From assembly GCA_045545475.1 (NCBI GenBank), contig JAZQAZ010000017.1, positions 11,973-75,972 on the forward strand: a DNA stretch of 64,000 bases. The letters are read 5' to 3'. Position 1 is the stretch's first letter; each line of letters opens with the position of its first letter. Under the pieces are notes generated by a model. It worked only from the letters and a program-made list of their open reading frames with translations. It made no database searches and was not told the DNA's origin. Positions 27,768-40,089 of this stretch are shown piece by piece. The stretch is from Clostridia bacterium. Lineage in GTDB: Bacteria; Bacillota; Clostridia; CAKSNL01; HGM11501. A program made the translations under genes and the position numbers.

Positions 27768-28115
27768 GTCGGTCCATGTGGGCCACTGTTTTTGTGTGCG
27801 TTTTTGGGGCACATGAAGACAGACTACCGATGAAGCAGGAGGTTGCGGCAATGCCGGTTTTCCTGCCGAGGGAGTCCGATTCAGAGAAACCGGGCGAAAG
27901 CGCAAATGCTTTGCACAGAGTGGCATAAGTAAGAAGGGAAAGTGTGGAAACCTTCTGAAAGTGCGGATCCCGGCAAGCATGCCGGGAATTATAGTTGGGG
28001 TGGATGAAACACCCGGGCGAGTGTAAGGCGAGTTCTTCTGAGTCTCCTTGGGGTATATAATAATGAAGTAATGCCCTTAACCCAAAGCAAATAAAATAAG
28101 GAGGCGATTTTACTC
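27768..28115 (+). promoter_or_regulatory. Long structured rpsJ (S10) leader
   Basis: ~350 nt GC-richer 5' UTR with several hairpins and CGATGAAGCAGGAGGTTGC, resembling Firmicute S10 leaders. Confidence 0.65.
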
Positions 28116-28439
28116 ATGGCAAAACAGAAAATCAGAATCAGATTGAAAGCTTATGACCATGCTCTTCTTGACCAGTCCACAGACAAAATTGTGGAAACAG
28201 CTAAGAGAACAGGTTCTGAAGTAAAGGGTCCCATTCCTCTTCCTACAGAAAAGGAAATCGTGACAATACTTCGTGCGGTTCATAAGTACAAAGATTCTCG
28301 CGAACAGTTTGAAATGAGAACTCACAAGAGACTTATCGACATTCTCTCTCCCACACAGAAGACTGTTGAAGCTCTCGGCAGACTCGATGTTCCTGCCGGC
28401 GTACAGGTTGAGATTAAGCTTGTTCAGAACGCAAAATAA
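28116..28439 (+). CDS. rpsJ: 30S ribosomal protein S10
   Basis: [27 protein letters not shown]. Confidence 0.98.
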   Translation: MAKQKIRIRLKAYDHALLDQSTDKIVETAKRTGSEVKGPIPLPTEKEIVTILRAVHKYKDSREQFEMRTHKRLIDILSPTQKTVEALGRLDVPAGVQVEIKLVQNAK

Positions 28440-28522
28440 GAACATCACATTAAAACTCCGGTTTACCGGTCAATGTTGGCGCAAGTCAACCAATAACCAA
28501 TTTTAAGGAGGACGTTATACTC

Positions 28523-29155
28523 ATGGAAAAGGCAATTATCGGTAAGAAAATCGGCATGACTCAGGTTTTCGCTCCGGACGGAAAAGTAATTCCCGTAACC
28601 GTAGTGGAAGCAGGTCCTTGCACAGTAATCCAGAAGAAGACCGTTGAAAAGGACGGCTATGAAGCAGTTCAGGTCGGCTTCGCACCTCTTAAGGACAAGC
28701 ATGTAACAAAGCCCCTTAAGGGACACTTCGCTAAGGCGGAAGTTGAAGCAAAGAAATATCTTCGCGAATTCCGTTTAAGCGACACATCAGCACTCAACGT
28801 AAAGGACGAGATTAAGTGCGACATATTTGCAGAAGCAGATAAGGTTGACGTAATCGGTATTTCCAAAGGTAAGGGATACGCTGGCGTAATAAAGCGCCAC
28901 AACGCATCCAGACTTAAGGAAACACACGGTACAGGTCCCGTTCACAGACATCCCGGTTCTATGGGCGCTTGCTCCACTCCTTCAAGAGTACTTAAGGGTA
29001 AGAAGCTTCCCGGACATATGGGTGTTGACAGAGTTACTGTATTAAACCTTGAAATCGTAAAAGTTGATGCCGAAAGAAATCTTCTTTTGATAAAGGGTGC
29101 GATTCCCGGTGCTAAGGGCGGAATCGTAACAGTAAGAAACGCTATAAAGGCGTAA
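28523..29155 (+). CDS. rplC: 50S ribosomal protein L3
   Basis: [22 protein letters not shown]. Confidence 0.98.
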   Translation: MEKAIIGKKIGMTQVFAPDGKVIPVTVVEAGPCTVIQKKTVEKDGYEAVQVGFAPLKDKHVTKPLKGHFAKAEVEAKKYLREFRLSDTSALNVKDEIKCDIFAEADKVDVIGISKGKGYAGVIKRHNASRLKETHGTGPVHRHPGSMGACSTPSRVLKGKKLPGHMGVDRVTVLNLEIVKVDAERNLLLIKGAIPGAKGGIVTVRNAIKA

Positions 29156-29179
29156 GACTTAAGGAAGGAGGAATTTTAA

Positions 29180-29803
29180 ATGCCTAAAACTGATTTATTT
29201 GATATGACAGCTGCAAAGGTTGGCGAAATTGAGCTCGCTGATGCAGTATTCGGTCAGGAAGTAAACGGTGCAGTGCTTCACACAGTTGTTGTGAATTACC
29301 TGGCTAACCAGAGACAGGGCACTCAGTCTACAAAGACCCGTACAGAAGTAGAAGGCGGCGGTGCTAAGCCCTACAGACAGAAGGGAACAGGCCGTGCAAG
29401 ACAGGGTTCTTTAAGAGCTCCTAACCACGTTGGTGGCGGTATTGCATTAGGTCCCAAGCCCAGAGATTACAGATACACTGTAAACAAGAAGGTTAAGGCC
29501 CTCGCTATGAAGTCTGCTCTTTCCGCAAAGGTTTTAGAAAACAAGATTTTTGTTATTGACGACCTTAAGATGGATGAAGTTAAGACAAAGACAATGGCAC
29601 AGCTTATCGCAAAGCTTGGCGAAGACAAGAAGGCACTCGTTGTTACATGCGATAAGAATCAGAACGTATATCTTTCCACAAGAAACATTGAAGGTGCAAA
29701 AGCTTCCTTCGTTGGTATGCTTAACGTATATGACTTAGTTAAGTACGATAAGCTCATCGTGGCTAAGAGTGCGGTAGAGAAACTCCAGGAGGTGTATGCA
29801 TGA
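29180..29803 (+). CDS. rplD: 50S ribosomal protein L4
   Basis: [23 protein letters not shown]. Confidence 0.98.
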   Translation: MPKTDLFDMTAAKVGEIELADAVFGQEVNGAVLHTVVVNYLANQRQGTQSTKTRTEVEGGGAKPYRQKGTGRARQGSLRAPNHVGGGIALGPKPRDYRYTVNKKVKALAMKSALSAKVLENKIFVIDDLKMDEVKTKTMAQLIAKLGEDKKALVVTCDKNQNVYLSTRNIEGAKASFVGMLNVYDLVKYDKLIVAKSAVEKLQEVYA

Positions 29804-30099
29804 TGAAAACAGCATATGATATCATAAAGAAGCCCCTTATCACAGAACAGGGTATGGAGCAGATTGCTGACAGAAAGTATACTTTCGTAGTAAGCCTCAC
29901 CGCTAACAAGATTGAAATTAAAAAGGCTGTTGAGGAATTGTTCCCCGGCACTGAGGTTGAAAAGGTTACAACCGCAAGATACCTCGGTAAAGTAAAGAGA
30001 ATGGGCGCAACATCCGGCAGCAGACCCAACTGGAAAAAGGCAATAGTTAAGCTTACAGAAGGAAGCAAGACAATTGAAGCTTTTGAAGGTTTGGTATAA
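29800..30099 (+). CDS. rplW: 50S ribosomal protein L23
   Basis: IIKKPLITE, ANKIEIKKAVE, WKKAIVKL. Confidence 0.97.
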   Translation: MMKTAYDIIKKPLITEQGMEQIADRKYTFVVSLTANKIEIKKAVEELFPGTEVEKVTTARYLGKVKRMGATSGSRPNWKKAIVKLTEGSKTIEAFEGLV

Positions 30100-30140
30100 G
30101 CTGTACGTAGAGTAAAAGAAAGTTAGGAGTTTGATTAAAA

Positions 30141-30974
30141 ATGGCTATAAGAAAATACAATCCTACCTCTCCTGCGCGCAGACAGATGACGGTTTCTACA
30201 TTTGAGGAAATCACCACAAATAAACCCGAGCGTTCTCTTCTCGAACCTATGAAAAACAATGCCGGAAGAAACTCTTACGGCAGAATCACAGTTCGTCACA
30301 GAGGCGGCGCAAACAGGAGAAAATACAGAATCATCGATTTTAAGAGAAACAAGATTGACATGGCAGCAACTGTTATGACAATTGAGTACGATCCCAACAG
30401 AAGTGCAAACATTGCACTCGTTCAGTATGAGGACGGCGAAAAGGCTTATATCCTTGCTCCTCAGGATCTGCACGTTGGCGATCAGGTTATGTCTGGTGCA
30501 GGCGCGGACATTAAGCCCGGTAACTGCCTTCCCATCAGATCAATTCCCGTTGGTACACTCATCCACAACGTTGAGCTTTCCAAGGGTAAGGGCGGTCAGC
30601 TCGTAAGAAGCGCAGGTGCTTCTGCTCAGCTTATGGCTAAGGAAGATAAGTATTCTCAGATCAGAATGCCTTCCGGCGAAGTAAGAATGATAGATGTTGA
30701 CTGCAAAGCAACAATAGGCGTAATAGGCAACCAGGATCATGAAAACATCACTATCGGTAAAGCCGGCAGAAAGAGACATATGGGTATTCGTCCCACAGTC
30801 CGCGGTGTTGTAATGAACCCCAACGACCATCCTCACGGTGGTGGTGAAGGTAAGTCACCCATCGGTATGCCCAGCCCCGTTACACCTTGGGGTAGACCCG
30901 CACTTGGTCTTAAGACACGTAAGCAGAAGAAGTATTCTTCCAAGTACATCGTTAAGACACGTAACGGTAAATAA
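30141..30974 (+). CDS. rplB: 50S ribosomal protein L2
   Basis: [27 protein letters not shown]. Confidence 0.98.
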   Translation: MAIRKYNPTSPARRQMTVSTFEEITTNKPERSLLEPMKNNAGRNSYGRITVRHRGGANRRKYRIIDFKRNKIDMAATVMTIEYDPNRSANIALVQYEDGEKAYILAPQDLHVGDQVMSGAGADIKPGNCLPIRSIPVGTLIHNVELSKGKGGQLVRSAGASAQLMAKEDKYSQIRMPSGEVRMIDVDCKATIGVIGNQDHENITIGKAGRKRHMGIRPTVRGVVMNPNDHPHGGGEGKSPIGMPSPVTPWGRPALGLKTRKQKKYSSKYIVKTRNGK

Positions 30975-30992
30975 TAGAAGGAGGATTTTAAT

Positions 30993-31268
30993 ATGGGACG
31001 CAGTGTAAAGAAAGGCCCCTTCGTTGATGCGAAGCTTTTAAGCCGTATCGAAAAGATGAACGAAGCAGGCGAAAAAAGAGTTCTTAAAACTTGGTCAAGA
31101 TCTTCCACGATTTTCCCTGATTTTGTAGGTCATACAATAGCAGTACATGACGGAAGAAAGCATGTTCCGGTTTATGTAACAGAAGATATGGTTGGTCATA
31201 AGTTAGGTGAATTTGCTCCTACAAGAACCTTCAAAGGTCATGCAGGTGCAAAGACAACCGGAAAGTAA
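30993..31268 (+). CDS. rpsS: 30S ribosomal protein S19
   Basis: [22 protein letters not shown]. Confidence 0.98.
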   Translation: MGRSVKKGPFVDAKLLSRIEKMNEAGEKRVLKTWSRSSTIFPDFVGHTIAVHDGRKHVPVYVTEDMVGHKLGEFAPTRTFKGHAGAKTTGK

Positions 31269-31295
31269 TATCTCGTAAGAGAGGAGGAATTGTCG

Positions 31296-31649
31296 ATGGA
31301 GGCAAGAACAGAAGCGAAAGCAGTTGTACGCTATATTCGCATATCACCCAGAAAGGTGAATATTGTTAACGACCTCATCAGAAACAAGCCTGTAGGTGTT
31401 GCAATGGGTATTCTTAAGAACACCCCCAAGGCTGCTTCTGAGGTTTTAATAAAACTTTTGAACTCCGCAATCGCAAATGCGGAAAACAATTTCGGCATGA
31501 ATCCTGATGATTTATACGTAGCTGAGGCTTATGCTAATGCGGGTCCTACACTTAAGAGAATAAGACCCAGAGCTCAGGGACGTGCGTTCAGGATCTTAAA
31601 GAGAACATGTCACATTACTATCGTTGTTAAAGAAAGGGAGGCAAAATAA
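31296..31649 (+). CDS. rplV: 50S ribosomal protein L22
   Basis: [23 protein letters not shown]. Confidence 0.97.
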   Translation: MEARTEAKAVVRYIRISPRKVNIVNDLIRNKPVGVAMGILKNTPKAASEVLIKLLNSAIANAENNFGMNPDDLYVAEAYANAGPTLKRIRPRAQGRAFRILKRTCHITIVVKEREAK

Positions 31650-32383
31650 TGGGCCAGAAAGTTAATCCCCACGGTTTGAGAGTCGGCGTTATTAAAGACT
31701 GGGACTCCAAGTGGTACGCTGACAAGAAAACTTTCGGTGATAATCTCGTAGAAGATTACAAAATCAGAACCTTCCTTAAGAAGACACTTTTTGCCGCTAA
31801 CGTATCCAAGATTGAAATTGAGAGAGCAAACAATAAGCTTTCCGTTTCCATCAATACGGCAAGACCCGGTGTTATCATCGGTTCAAAAGGTTCTGAAATC
31901 GAAAAGCTTAAGGCACAGCTTGTTGCAATGACCGGTAAGGAAGTTGCATTGAACATAGTTGAAGTTAAGAATCCTTCAACAAATGCACAGCTCGTTGCTG
32001 AAAGCATCGCTGCACAGCTCGAAAAGCGTATTTCTTTCAGAAAGGCTATGAAGAGCTCCATGCAGAGAGCAATGAAGATGGGAGCAAAGGGTATCAAAAC
32101 TACTTGTTCCGGTCGTCTCGGCGGTGCAGAAATCGCCAGAACAGAGCACTATCATGAGGGAACAATTCCGCTGCAGACATTAAGAGCGGATATCGACTAC
32201 GGCTTCTGGGAGGCTAACACAACCTACGGTAAGATCGGTGTTAAGGTTTGGATCTACAAGGGTGAAGTTCTCCCCGGAACAAAGGCAGCAGCAGAAATCG
32301 CTCCTCCTGTTTCCGAAAAGCCCAGAAGAGAGCGTAGAGCTCCCCGCAAGACGGAAGGAGGCAAAAACAATGTTAATGCCTAA
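31649..32383 (+). CDS. rpsC: 30S ribosomal protein S3
   Basis: [31 protein letters not shown]. Confidence 0.98.
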   Translation: MGQKVNPHGLRVGVIKDWDSKWYADKKTFGDNLVEDYKIRTFLKKTLFAANVSKIEIERANNKLSVSINTARPGVIIGSKGSEIEKLKAQLVAMTGKEVALNIVEVKNPSTNAQLVAESIAAQLEKRISFRKAMKSSMQRAMKMGAKGIKTTCSGRLGGAEIARTEHYHEGTIPLQTLRADIDYGFWEANTTYGKIGVKVWIYKGEVLPGTKAAAEIAPPVSEKPRRERRAPRKTEGGKNNVNA

Positions 32384-32801
32384 AAGAGTTAAGCACAGAA
32401 GAGTATTCAGAGGTAGAATGAAGGGTACCGCTCAGAGAGGTAACATGGTTACTTACGGAGATTTCGGTCTTCAGGCTTTAGAGCCCTCCTGGATCACTTC
32501 TAACCAGATCGAAGCTGCCCGTATCGCACTTACAAGATACATCAAGAGAGGCGGCCAGGTATTCATTAAAATATTCCCCGACAAGCCCGTAACTGAAAAG
32601 CCTGCCGAGACACGAATGGGTTCCGGTAAAGGTTCACCCGAATACTGGGTAGCAGTTGTTAAGCCCGGAAGAGTTCTCTTCGAGGTTAAGGGTGTTGACG
32701 AGGAAACAGCAAGAGAAGCTATGAGACTTGCAATGCATAAGCTTCCGGTTAAGTGCAAATTTGTTAAAAAGGAAACGGAGGGTGATTCTTGTGAAAATTA
32801 A
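32370..32801 (+). CDS. rplP: 50S ribosomal protein L16
   Basis: [23 protein letters not shown]. Confidence 0.98.
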   Translation: MLMPKRVKHRRVFRGRMKGTAQRGNMVTYGDFGLQALEPSWITSNQIEAARIALTRYIKRGGQVFIKIFPDKPVTEKPAETRMGSGKGSPEYWVAVVKPGRVLFEVKGVDEETAREAMRLAMHKLPVKCKFVKKETEGDSCEN

Positions 32802-32985
32802 AGAAATTCGTGAATTATCCTTAGAGGAACTGAATACAAAGCTTACAGACCTTAAGAGCGAGCTTTTTAATCTCAGATTCCAGCATGCGACAAATCAGCT
32901 TGACAATCCCATGAAGATCGTTGAGACAAAGAAGTCAATTGCTAAAGTTATGACGGTCATCAAAGAGAAAGAGATGAACGCGTAA
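32791..32985 (+). CDS. rpmC: 50S ribosomal protein L29
   Basis: GTG start; [16 protein letters not shown]. Confidence 0.96.
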   Translation: MKIKEIRELSLEELNTKLTDLKSELFNLRFQHATNQLDNPMKIVETKKSIAKVMTVIKEKEMNA

Positions 32986-33007
32986 GCTCGGAAGGAGGTA
33001 AATGTAA

Positions 33008-33265
33008 ATGTCTGAAAGAAATTTTCGTAAAGTCAGAATAGGTGTTGTAAAGAGCGACAAGATGGATAAGACAATCGTTGTTGCAATTGAAGAACACGTA
33101 AAGCATCCTCTCTACGGCAAGGTTGTTAAGAGAACTTATACTCTTAAGGCTCATGATGAATTAAATGAGTGCCAGGTAGGCGATAAGGTAAAGGTTATGG
33201 AAACAAGACCTTTAAGCCGTGACAAGAGATGGAGACTTGTTGAAATCGTAGAAAAAGTAAAATAA
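33008..33265 (+). CDS. rpsQ: 30S ribosomal protein S17
   Basis: [22 protein letters not shown]. Confidence 0.98.
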   Translation: MSERNFRKVRIGVVKSDKMDKTIVVAIEEHVKHPLYGKVVKRTYTLKAHDELNECQVGDKVKVMETRPLSRDKRWRLVEIVEKVK

Positions 33266-33304
33266 TTAGTTCCAAGCTAAATAATCGGAAGGAGTTGAAG
33301 AATC

Positions 33305-33673
33305 GTGATACAGCAGCAGTCTCTTTTGAAGATAGCAGACAATACAGGTGCTAAGGAAGTTATGTGCATCCGTGTACTTGGCGGATCAGGCAGAAAGTAT
33401 GCGTCCGTTGGTGACGTTATCGTATGCTCCGTTAAGAAAGCAGCACCCGGTGGTATTGTTAAAAAAGGTGATGTTGTAAAGGCGGTTGTAGTTCGTACAG
33501 TTAACAATTTAAGACGTGCGGACGGTTCTTATATAAGATTTGACGAAAACGCTGCGGTTATTATACAGGATGACAAGAACCCCAAGGGAACCCGTATATT
33601 TGGCCCCGTAGCAAGAGAGCTCAGAGAAAAAGAGTATATGAAGATACTTTCTCTTGCTCCCGAAGTTCTGTAA
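33305..33673 (+). CDS. rplN: 50S ribosomal protein L14
   Basis: [20 protein letters not shown]. Confidence 0.98.
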   Translation: MIQQQSLLKIADNTGAKEVMCIRVLGGSGRKYASVGDVIVCSVKKAAPGGIVKKGDVVKAVVVRTVNNLRRADGSYIRFDENAAVIIQDDKNPKGTRIFGPVARELREKEYMKILSLAPEVL

Positions 33674-33685
33674 GGAGGTACCAAT

Positions 33686-34006
33686 ATGTCGCTTCATATT
33701 AAAGAGGGTGACCAGGTAGTAGTATTATCCGGTGCCCATAAAGGTAAAACCGGCAAGGTGCTTTCCACAAACCCCAAGGCCGGCAAAGTAGTTGTTGAAG
33801 GCGTTAACATGATCACAAAGCATCAGAAAGCTAAGAGCCAGACACAGCCCGGCGGAATCATTAAGCAGGAAGCACCCATTTACGCATGCAAGGTTATGCA
33901 TGTTTGCCCCAAGTGCAATAAGCCTACAAGAATAGGCTACAAGCTGCTTGAAAACGGCAGTAAGGTTCGCGTTTGTAAAAAGTGCGGAGAAACCTTTAAC
34001 GACTAA
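33686..34006 (+). CDS. rplX: 50S ribosomal protein L24
   Basis: [25 protein letters not shown]. Confidence 0.97.
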   Translation: MSLHIKEGDQVVVLSGAHKGKTGKVLSTNPKAGKVVVEGVNMITKHQKAKSQTQPGGIIKQEAPIYACKVMHVCPKCNKPTRIGYKLLENGSKVRVCKKCGETFND

Positions 34007-34025
34007 AGAGAGGAGGTTGTAACGA

Positions 34026-34565
34026 ATGGCAAGACTTGAAACATTTTACAAAGAACAGGTAACCAAGGCATTGGTTGAAAAGTTCGGATATAAGAATCCC
34101 ATGGAAATCCCCAAGATTTCTAAGATAGTTATAAATATCGGTGTCGGCGAAGCCAAGGATAATCCGAAGGAACTTGAAGCTGCAATCAGCGATCTTGAGA
34201 AGATCACAGGTCAGAAGGCTGTTACTACAAAGGCAAAGAAGTCTATCGCTAACTTTAAGCTTAGAGAGGGCATGCCTATCGGATGTAAGGTAACACTCAG
34301 AAGAGACATGATGTATGAGTTCCTCGACAGATTCATCAACGTTGCACTTCCCCGTGTAAGAGACTTCAGCGGAATCAGCCCTGACAGTTTCGACGGTAGA
34401 GGTAACTACAACGTAGGTATCAAGGAACAGATCATATTCCCTGAAATCGAATACGACAAGATTGATAAAATCAGAGGTATGGATATCGTAATCGTAACGA
34501 CTGCGAAGACCGATGAAGAGGCACGTGAGCTCCTTACACTTATGGGTGCTCCGTTCACTCGCTGA
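34026..34565 (+). CDS. rplE: 50S ribosomal protein L5
   Basis: ITGQKA, FKLREG, LPRVRDF, RGMDI. Confidence 0.98.
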   Translation: MARLETFYKEQVTKALVEKFGYKNPMEIPKISKIVINIGVGEAKDNPKELEAAISDLEKITGQKAVTTKAKKSIANFKLREGMPIGCKVTLRRDMMYEFLDRFINVALPRVRDFSGISPDSFDGRGNYNVGIKEQIIFPEIEYDKIDKIRGMDIVIVTTAKTDEEARELLTLMGAPFTR

Positions 34566-34586
34566 GCAGGGAGGAAAGGATAAGTT

Positions 34587-34772
34587 ATGGCTAAGAAATC
34601 TATGATCTTAAAGCAGCAGAAAGAGCAGAAGTATTCCACAAGAGAATATAACAGATGCAAAATCTGCGGCAGACCCCATGCATATCTGAGAAAGTACGGC
34701 ATTTGCCGTATCTGCTTCAGAGAGTTGGCTTACAAGGGCGAGATTCCCGGTGTAACAAAGGCCAGCTGGTAA
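34587..34772 (+). CDS. rpsN: 30S ribosomal protein S14 (Zn type)
   Basis: [22 protein letters not shown]. Confidence 0.97.
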   Translation: MAKKSMILKQQKEQKYSTREYNRCKICGRPHAYLRKYGICRICFRELAYKGEIPGVTKASW

Positions 34773-34801
34773 TCCATTCTAACGGAAAAGGAGGCATAAT
34801 A

Positions 34802-35200
34802 ATGCAGATAACAGATCCTATTGCTGATATGCTTACACGTATCAGAAACGCTAATTCTCAGAAACACGAGTCTGTACAGGTTCCCGCTTCTAACATGAAG
34901 AAGGCTATCGCTCAGATTCTTCTTGAGGAAGGCTATATAAAAGGATACCAGGTTACAGAAGATAATAAGCAGGGCATGATTGATATCACCCTTAAGTATG
35001 GTGCAAACAAGGAAAAGGCAATCACCGGTCTTAAGAGAGTATCCAAGCCCGGTCTTAGAGTATATGCTGCGAAGGAAGACCTTCCCAGAGTATACAGAGG
35101 ACTTGGTATTGCAATAATCTCAACTTCACAGGGTATCATGACTGATAAAAAGGCAAGACTTGCCAACGTAGGCGGAGAGGTTCTTGCATTTATCTGGTAA
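34802..35200 (+). CDS. rpsH: 30S ribosomal protein S8
   Basis: [27 protein letters not shown]. Confidence 0.98.
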   Translation: MQITDPIADMLTRIRNANSQKHESVQVPASNMKKAIAQILLEEGYIKGYQVTEDNKQGMIDITLKYGANKEKAITGLKRVSKPGLRVYAAKEDLPRVYRGLGIAIISTSQGIMTDKKARLANVGGEVLAFIW

Positions 35201-35232
35201 TTAATAAATTAAAGAATTAGGTGGTGAGTTAA

Positions 35233-35778
35233 ATGTCAAGAATAGGTAGAATGCCTATCACAGTCCCCGCCGGGGTAGATGTAAAGATAGAGGGAACACT
35301 TGTTACCGTTAAAGGACCCAAGGGTACTTTAACTCAGGAAATACATCCCGATATGATAATCGAAAGAGAAGGCGCTGAAATACTTGTAAAGCGTCCCTCT
35401 GAGCAGAAGGAGCACAAGGCGCTCCACGGACTTACCAGATCTCTTTTGAACAACATGGTAATCGGCGTAACTGAAGGCTTCAAGAAGGAACTTGAAATCA
35501 ACGGTGTTGGTTACAGAGCACAGAAGCAGGGTAAGAAGCTCATATTGAATCTTGGCTATTCTCATCCGGTTGAAATGGAAGAATTCGAGGGTATTACCAT
35601 CGAAGTACCGGATCAGAACAAGATCATTATAAGCGGTCCTGATAAGCAGGTAGTTGGCGCATTTGCAGCTAACGTTCGTGAAAAGAGACCTCCTGAGCCT
35701 TATAAGGGCAAGGGCATCAAGTATGTTGAAGAACATATAAGACGCAAGGAAGGTAAAGCCGGTAAGGCAAAGAAATAA
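35233..35778 (+). CDS. rplF: 50S ribosomal protein L6
   Basis: [21 protein letters not shown]. Confidence 0.98.
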   Translation: MSRIGRMPITVPAGVDVKIEGTLVTVKGPKGTLTQEIHPDMIIEREGAEILVKRPSEQKEHKALHGLTRSLLNNMVIGVTEGFKKELEINGVGYRAQKQGKKLILNLGYSHPVEMEEFEGITIEVPDQNKIIISGPDKQVVGAFAANVREKRPPEPYKGKGIKYVEEHIRRKEGKAGKAKK

Positions 35779-35800
35779 GTAAGAAGGGAGTAAGTCTCAA

Positions 35801-36157
35801 ATGATTACTAAGTCGAGCAGCAATAAAGCAAGACAGAAGAGACACTTAAGAGTTCGTAATAAGATTTCCGGAACAGCGGAAAGACCCAGACTCAGTGTTT
35901 ACAGAAGTCTTAAAAATATGTATATCCAGCTCATCGACGACACAAAAGGTGTAACTTTAGTAGCTGCTTCCACAAAGGAACTTGAAGGTTCTAATGGCGG
36001 CAATAAGGGAGCTGCTTTTGAAGTCGGCAAGCTTATAGGCACAAAGGCTATTGAAAAAGGTATCAAGACCGTAGTATTTGACCGTAGCGGCTACATTTAT
36101 CACGGCCGAGTTAAAGAGGTCGCTGATGGTGCCAGAGAAGCCGGACTCGAATTTTAA
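35801..36157 (+). CDS. rplR: 50S ribosomal protein L18
   Basis: [24 protein letters not shown]. Confidence 0.98.
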   Translation: MITKSSSNKARQKRHLRVRNKISGTAERPRLSVYRSLKNMYIQLIDDTKGVTLVAASTKELEGSNGGNKGAAFEVGKLIGTKAIEKGIKTVVFDRSGYIYHGRVKEVADGAREAGLEF

Positions 36158-36189
36158 GAGTCGGGATAAGAAAGGAAGTGTAGCATAAA

Positions 36190-36696
36190 ATGTCAGAGCG
36201 TTTTGATAGAGCAAACAACGTTGAAGATGAAATCCAGGAAAAGGTTGTCAGCATAACACGTGTTGCAAAGGTTGTTAAGGGCGGTCGTACTTTCCGTTTC
36301 GCTACATTAGTTGTAGTAGGTGACGGAAAGGGTCGCGTAGGCGCCGGCACAGGTAAAGCTGCTGAAATTCCCGATGCAATCAGAAAGGGAATCGAAGACG
36401 CTAAGAAGAACATGATAACCGTTCCGATTGAAAACGGAACAATTCCTCACGAGATTACAGGTCAGTTTGGTGCAGGCGAAGTATTGCTTATGCCCGCTAA
36501 GCCCGGTACCGGTATCATCGCCGGCGGAAGTGTCAGAGCAGTTGTTGAACTTTGCGGTATCAAGGATATTCGTGCAAAGTCCATGAGAAGCAATAACCCC
36601 AGAAATGTGGTTAAGGCAACAATTGAAGGCCTTTCAAATCTTGTTGATGCTAACATTGTAGCAGCAAAAAGAGGAAAGTCCGTTGAAGAACTCTAA
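36190..36696 (+). CDS. rpsE: 30S ribosomal protein S5
   Basis: [19 protein letters not shown]. Confidence 0.98.
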   Translation: MSERFDRANNVEDEIQEKVVSITRVAKVVKGGRTFRFATLVVVGDGKGRVGAGTGKAAEIPDAIRKGIEDAKKNMITVPIENGTIPHEITGQFGAGEVLLMPAKPGTGIIAGGSVRAVVELCGIKDIRAKSMRSNNPRNVVKATIEGLSNLVDANIVAAKRGKSVEEL

Positions 36697-36714
36697 TACA
36701 AGGAGGGTTTTAAG

Positions 36715-36894
36715 ATGGCAAAACTTAAGATTACACTTGAGAAGAGCTTGATCGGACGTAAGGATGACCACATCGCAACAGCGAAGGCTCTCGGACTCAA
36801 GAAGATAAGAGATGTCGTTGAAAAAGACGACTGCGCAACAATCAGAGGTATGGTTAACAAGATTTCTTATCTTGTTAAGTGTGAAGAAATATAA
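36715..36894 (+). CDS. rpmD: 50S ribosomal protein L30
   Basis: Own translation [15 protein letters not shown]...ALGLKKI...[12 protein letters not shown] (59 aa; absent from the ORF track). Confidence 0.95.
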   Translation: MAKLKITLEKSLIGRKDDHIATAKALGLKKIRDVVEKDDCATIRGMVNKISYLVKCEEI

Positions 36895-36917
36895 TTAGGA
36901 AAAAGGAGGTGCAGCAA

Positions 36918-37358
36918 ATGAAGTTGTACGAGCTTAGTCCTGTTCCCGGAAGCACAAAGGAAGCTAAAAGAAAGGGTAGAGGTCACGGTAGCGGCAACGG
37001 TACCCAGGCAGGTCGTGGTCACAAGGGCCAGAAGGCAAGAAGTGGCGGCGGCGTAAGACCCGGATTTGAAGGCGGACAGATGCCTTTAATCAGACGTATC
37101 CCCAAGAGAGGCTTCACCAACATATTTGCTAAAAAATATGCTGAGATCAACGTTTGCGAATTGAACGTATTCAATGACGGAGACGTTATCGGCGTAACCG
37201 AGCTCATGGAGAAAGGCATCATCAGTAAAGCATACGACGGACTTGTAGTTCTTGGTAACGGTGAAATCACAAAGAAGGTAACCGTAAAGGCAGCAAGATT
37301 CTCCAAAGTTGCAGCTGAAAAGATTGCAACAGCCGGTGGAAAGGCCGAGGTGATTTAA
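36918..37358 (+). CDS. rplO: 50S ribosomal protein L15
   Basis: [28 protein letters not shown]. Confidence 0.98.
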   Translation: MKLYELSPVPGSTKEAKRKGRGHGSGNGTQAGRGHKGQKARSGGGVRPGFEGGQMPLIRRIPKRGFTNIFAKKYAEINVCELNVFNDGDVIGVTELMEKGIISKAYDGLVVLGNGEITKKVTVKAARFSKVAAEKIATAGGKAEVI

Positions 37359-37359
37359 A

Positions 37360-38670
37360 GTGATAGAAACTTTAAAAGCCGCATGGAGACTTCCGGATTT
37401 AAGAAAGAAAATTTTATTTACATTGTTCATGCTTATCGTGTTCAGACTGGGATCTGCTATTCCTGTTCCCGGTCTGCAGCCCGGTATGCTGGGCAATCTC
37501 GGCCAGACCGGAGAGTTCAATATGTTCAGTATAATGAACCTCTTCTCCGGTGGTGCCTTCAGCCAGGCAACAATATTTGCAATGGGTATTTCTCCCTACA
37601 TCAACAGCTCCATCATTATGCAGCTCTTAACAGTTGCGATTCCCGCACTTGAGAGAATGCAGAAAGAAGGAGAAGAGGGCAGAAAGAAAATACAGTCAAT
37701 TACAAGATGGGTAACAATTGCTCTTGCTCTTATACAGGGTATAGGAATTTACTTCCTTCTTATCCAGTATGGCATGACAGTTAATCCTTCAGCTAAATTC
37801 ATTGACGGATTTATTGTAGTTGCAACTCTTACAGCAGGTACTGCATTTGTAATGTGGCTCGGCGAACAGATTACCGATAAGGGTATCGGCAACGGTATCT
37901 CTCTTATAATCTTCATCGGTATCGTGGCAAGTATCCCCTCCATTATCAATAACGTGGTAATGAGTTTTGATTTCAAGACAGAGTGGTGGATCGAGCTTCT
38001 TATAATAGTATATGCTCTTGCAATGATTGCTTTTGTTGTATATTTCGATTCCAGTGAAAGAAGAATTCCTGTTCAGTACTCCAAGAGAGTAGTTGGCAGA
38101 AAGATGTACGGCGGTCAGTCCACATACATTCCCTTAAAGGTTGCTATGGCGGGCGTACTTCCCATCATCTTCGCAATTTCCATTCTTTCTTTCCCCACAA
38201 CGATTATACAGCTTACAACAGGCCAGACAGAGGTTGCTAAAATCGCAATTAATCATCCTTGGCTTGCAAAGATTGTTGAGATATTCTCACCCGGAAACTG
38301 GGTATATTGCGTGATTTACTTCCTGTTAATCATTGCATTTACCTACTTCTATACTTCAATCAGTTTTAACCCCATTGAGATAGCTAACAACCTTAAGAAG
38401 AACGGCGGTACTATTCCGGCTATCAGACCCGGAAGAGATACCAGCGACTTTATCAGCAAGGTTCTTGCAAGAATAAATCTTGCAGGTGCACTCTTCCTGA
38501 GCATAGTTGCAGTGTTGCCTTTAGTACTTGGTCTTATATTCCCCAAGTTTGCAACACTTGGCTTAATCGGAGGATCTTCTGTACTCATCTTGGTTGGTGT
38601 TGCTCTTGAAACAGTTAAGCAGATAGAAGCACAGATGATGATGAGACATTACAAAGGATTTTTAGATTAA
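37360..38670 (+). CDS. secY: Preprotein translocase SecY
   Basis: GISPYINSSII, GIGNGISL, IRPG, multiple TM segments. Confidence 0.98.
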   Translation: MIETLKAAWRLPDLRKKILFTLFMLIVFRLGSAIPVPGLQPGMLGNLGQTGEFNMFSIMNLFSGGAFSQATIFAMGISPYINSSIIMQLLTVAIPALERMQKEGEEGRKKIQSITRWVTIALALIQGIGIYFLLIQYGMTVNPSAKFIDGFIVVATLTAGTAFVMWLGEQITDKGIGNGISLIIFIGIVASIPSIINNVVMSFDFKTEWWIELLIIVYALAMIAFVVYFDSSERRIPVQYSKRVVGRKMYGGQSTYIPLKVAMAGVLPIIFAISILSFPTTIIQLTTGQTEVAKIAINHPWLAKIVEIFSPGNWVYCVIYFLLIIAFTYFYTSISFNPIEIANNLKKNGGTIPAIRPGRDTSDFISKVLARINLAGALFLSIVAVLPLVLGLIFPKFATLGLIGGSSVLILVGVALETVKQIEAQMMMRHYKGFLD

Positions 38671-38696
38671 TCTTTGGCGAAAGGTCGACAGTTAAA

Positions 38697-39335
38697 ATGA
38701 AACTTATTATGTTAGGACCTCCAGGTGCAGGAAAGGGTACTCAGGCAGAATTTCTTTCTGAGAAATATGAAATTCCTCAGATTTCAACCGGTGCTATTAT
38801 AAGAAGCGTTATCACCTCAGGCAGCGAATTCGGAAAAAAATTAAAGGCTTTGATTGACGAAGGAAATCTCATTTCTGATGAAGATGTTCTTAAGTTAGTT
38901 AAGGAAAGAATCGAGGAACCTGATTGTGCGAAAGGATATATCCTTGACGGATTTCCCCGCACAATAGCACAGGCAGAAGCACTGGAAAGAATGGATATTA
39001 CCATCGATAAGGTATTATCCATAGAACTTTCGGATGAAGAAATCCTAAGTAGGCTTTCCGGAAGACGCGAATGTGCGTCCTGCAGAGCAACCTATCACAT
39101 CGAAGATAATCCCTCAAAAGTCGAAGGGGTATGTGACAGATGCGGAGGCAAGCTTATATGTCGTGAAGACGATAAGCCTGAGACAATAAAACACCGTCTT
39201 GCGGTTTACTATGAATCCACAGCTCCTCTTAAAGCTTTTTATGAGGAAAGAGGACTTCTTGTTACCGCTCACGGAAAGAAACTTCTTGAAGAAACCAAAC
39301 GAGAAGTGCTTAGAGCACTGGGTGAATTAAAGTGA
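38697..39335 (+). CDS. adk: Adenylate kinase
   Basis: GPPGAGKGTQ, LDGFPR, Zn-lid CxxC pairs. Confidence 0.97.
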   Translation: MKLIMLGPPGAGKGTQAEFLSEKYEIPQISTGAIIRSVITSGSEFGKKLKALIDEGNLISDEDVLKLVKERIEEPDCAKGYILDGFPRTIAQAEALERMDITIDKVLSIELSDEEILSRLSGRRECASCRATYHIEDNPSKVEGVCDRCGGKLICREDDKPETIKHRLAVYYESTAPLKAFYEERGLLVTAHGKKLLEETKREVLRALGELK

Positions 39336-40078
39336 TTTTAATTAAATCGGATTCTGAAATTGAACTTATGTATGAAAGCGGTCAGATAACGGGCGGAGCT
39401 CTTGCCTTGGCAGAAGAGAGCATACGCCCGGGAATGACAACCGGCGAACTTGACTCTCTTATAGAAAAATATATAAGAAGTCACGGCGCCAGGCCTTCAT
39501 TCAAAAACTATAACGGTTTTCCGGCGTCTGCATGTATTTCCGTAAATGAGGTAATCGTTCATGGAATACCCGGAGACAGAGTTTTGAAGGATGGGGATAT
39601 CGTCAGCGTGGATGTGGGCTCCTACTATAAAGGATATCACTCCGACGCGGCGAGAACCTTCGCTGTGGGTAATGTCACCGAGGAAGCTAAAAAGCTTATT
39701 GAGGTGACGAAGCAAAGCTTTTTCGAAGGAATTAAAGCCGCTTATCCCGGAATGAGGATAGGCGATATCGGAAGCCGCGTCCAGGCTTACGCCGAGAGCT
39801 TCGGCTACGGTGTAGTAAGGGACATGGTGGGCCACGGAATAGGAAGGGCACTTCATGAAGCACCCGATGTTCCCAACTTCGGAAAAGAGGGCAGAGGCAT
39901 ACGCTTATTGGAGGGAATGTGCATAGCTGTTGAGCCCATGATAAACGAGGGAACCTACGAACTTAAAACTCTCTCCGATGGTTGGACGACGGTAACTCTT
40001 GACGGTAAGTTATCGGCACATTATGAAAATACCTTGGCAATAACCAAGGATGGGCCGAGAATTCTTACCCTGATTTAA
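39332..40078 (+). CDS. map: Methionine aminopeptidase type I
   Basis: HGIP, DAART, GHGIG..LHE, HYENT. Confidence 0.97.
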   Translation: MILIKSDSEIELMYESGQITGGALALAEESIRPGMTTGELDSLIEKYIRSHGARPSFKNYNGFPASACISVNEVIVHGIPGDRVLKDGDIVSVDVGSYYKGYHSDAARTFAVGNVTEEAKKLIEVTKQSFFEGIKAAYPGMRIGDIGSRVQAYAESFGYGVVRDMVGHGIGRALHEAPDVPNFGKEGRGIRLLEGMCIAVEPMINEGTYELKTLSDGWTTVTLDGKLSAHYENTLAITKDGPRILTLI

Positions 40079-40089
40079 GGAGGATACAA

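Noticed and set aside
27396-27980. 194-aa minus-strand ORF
   Set aside because: Spans the S10 leader and promoter and overlaps sleB out of frame; no recognisable motifs
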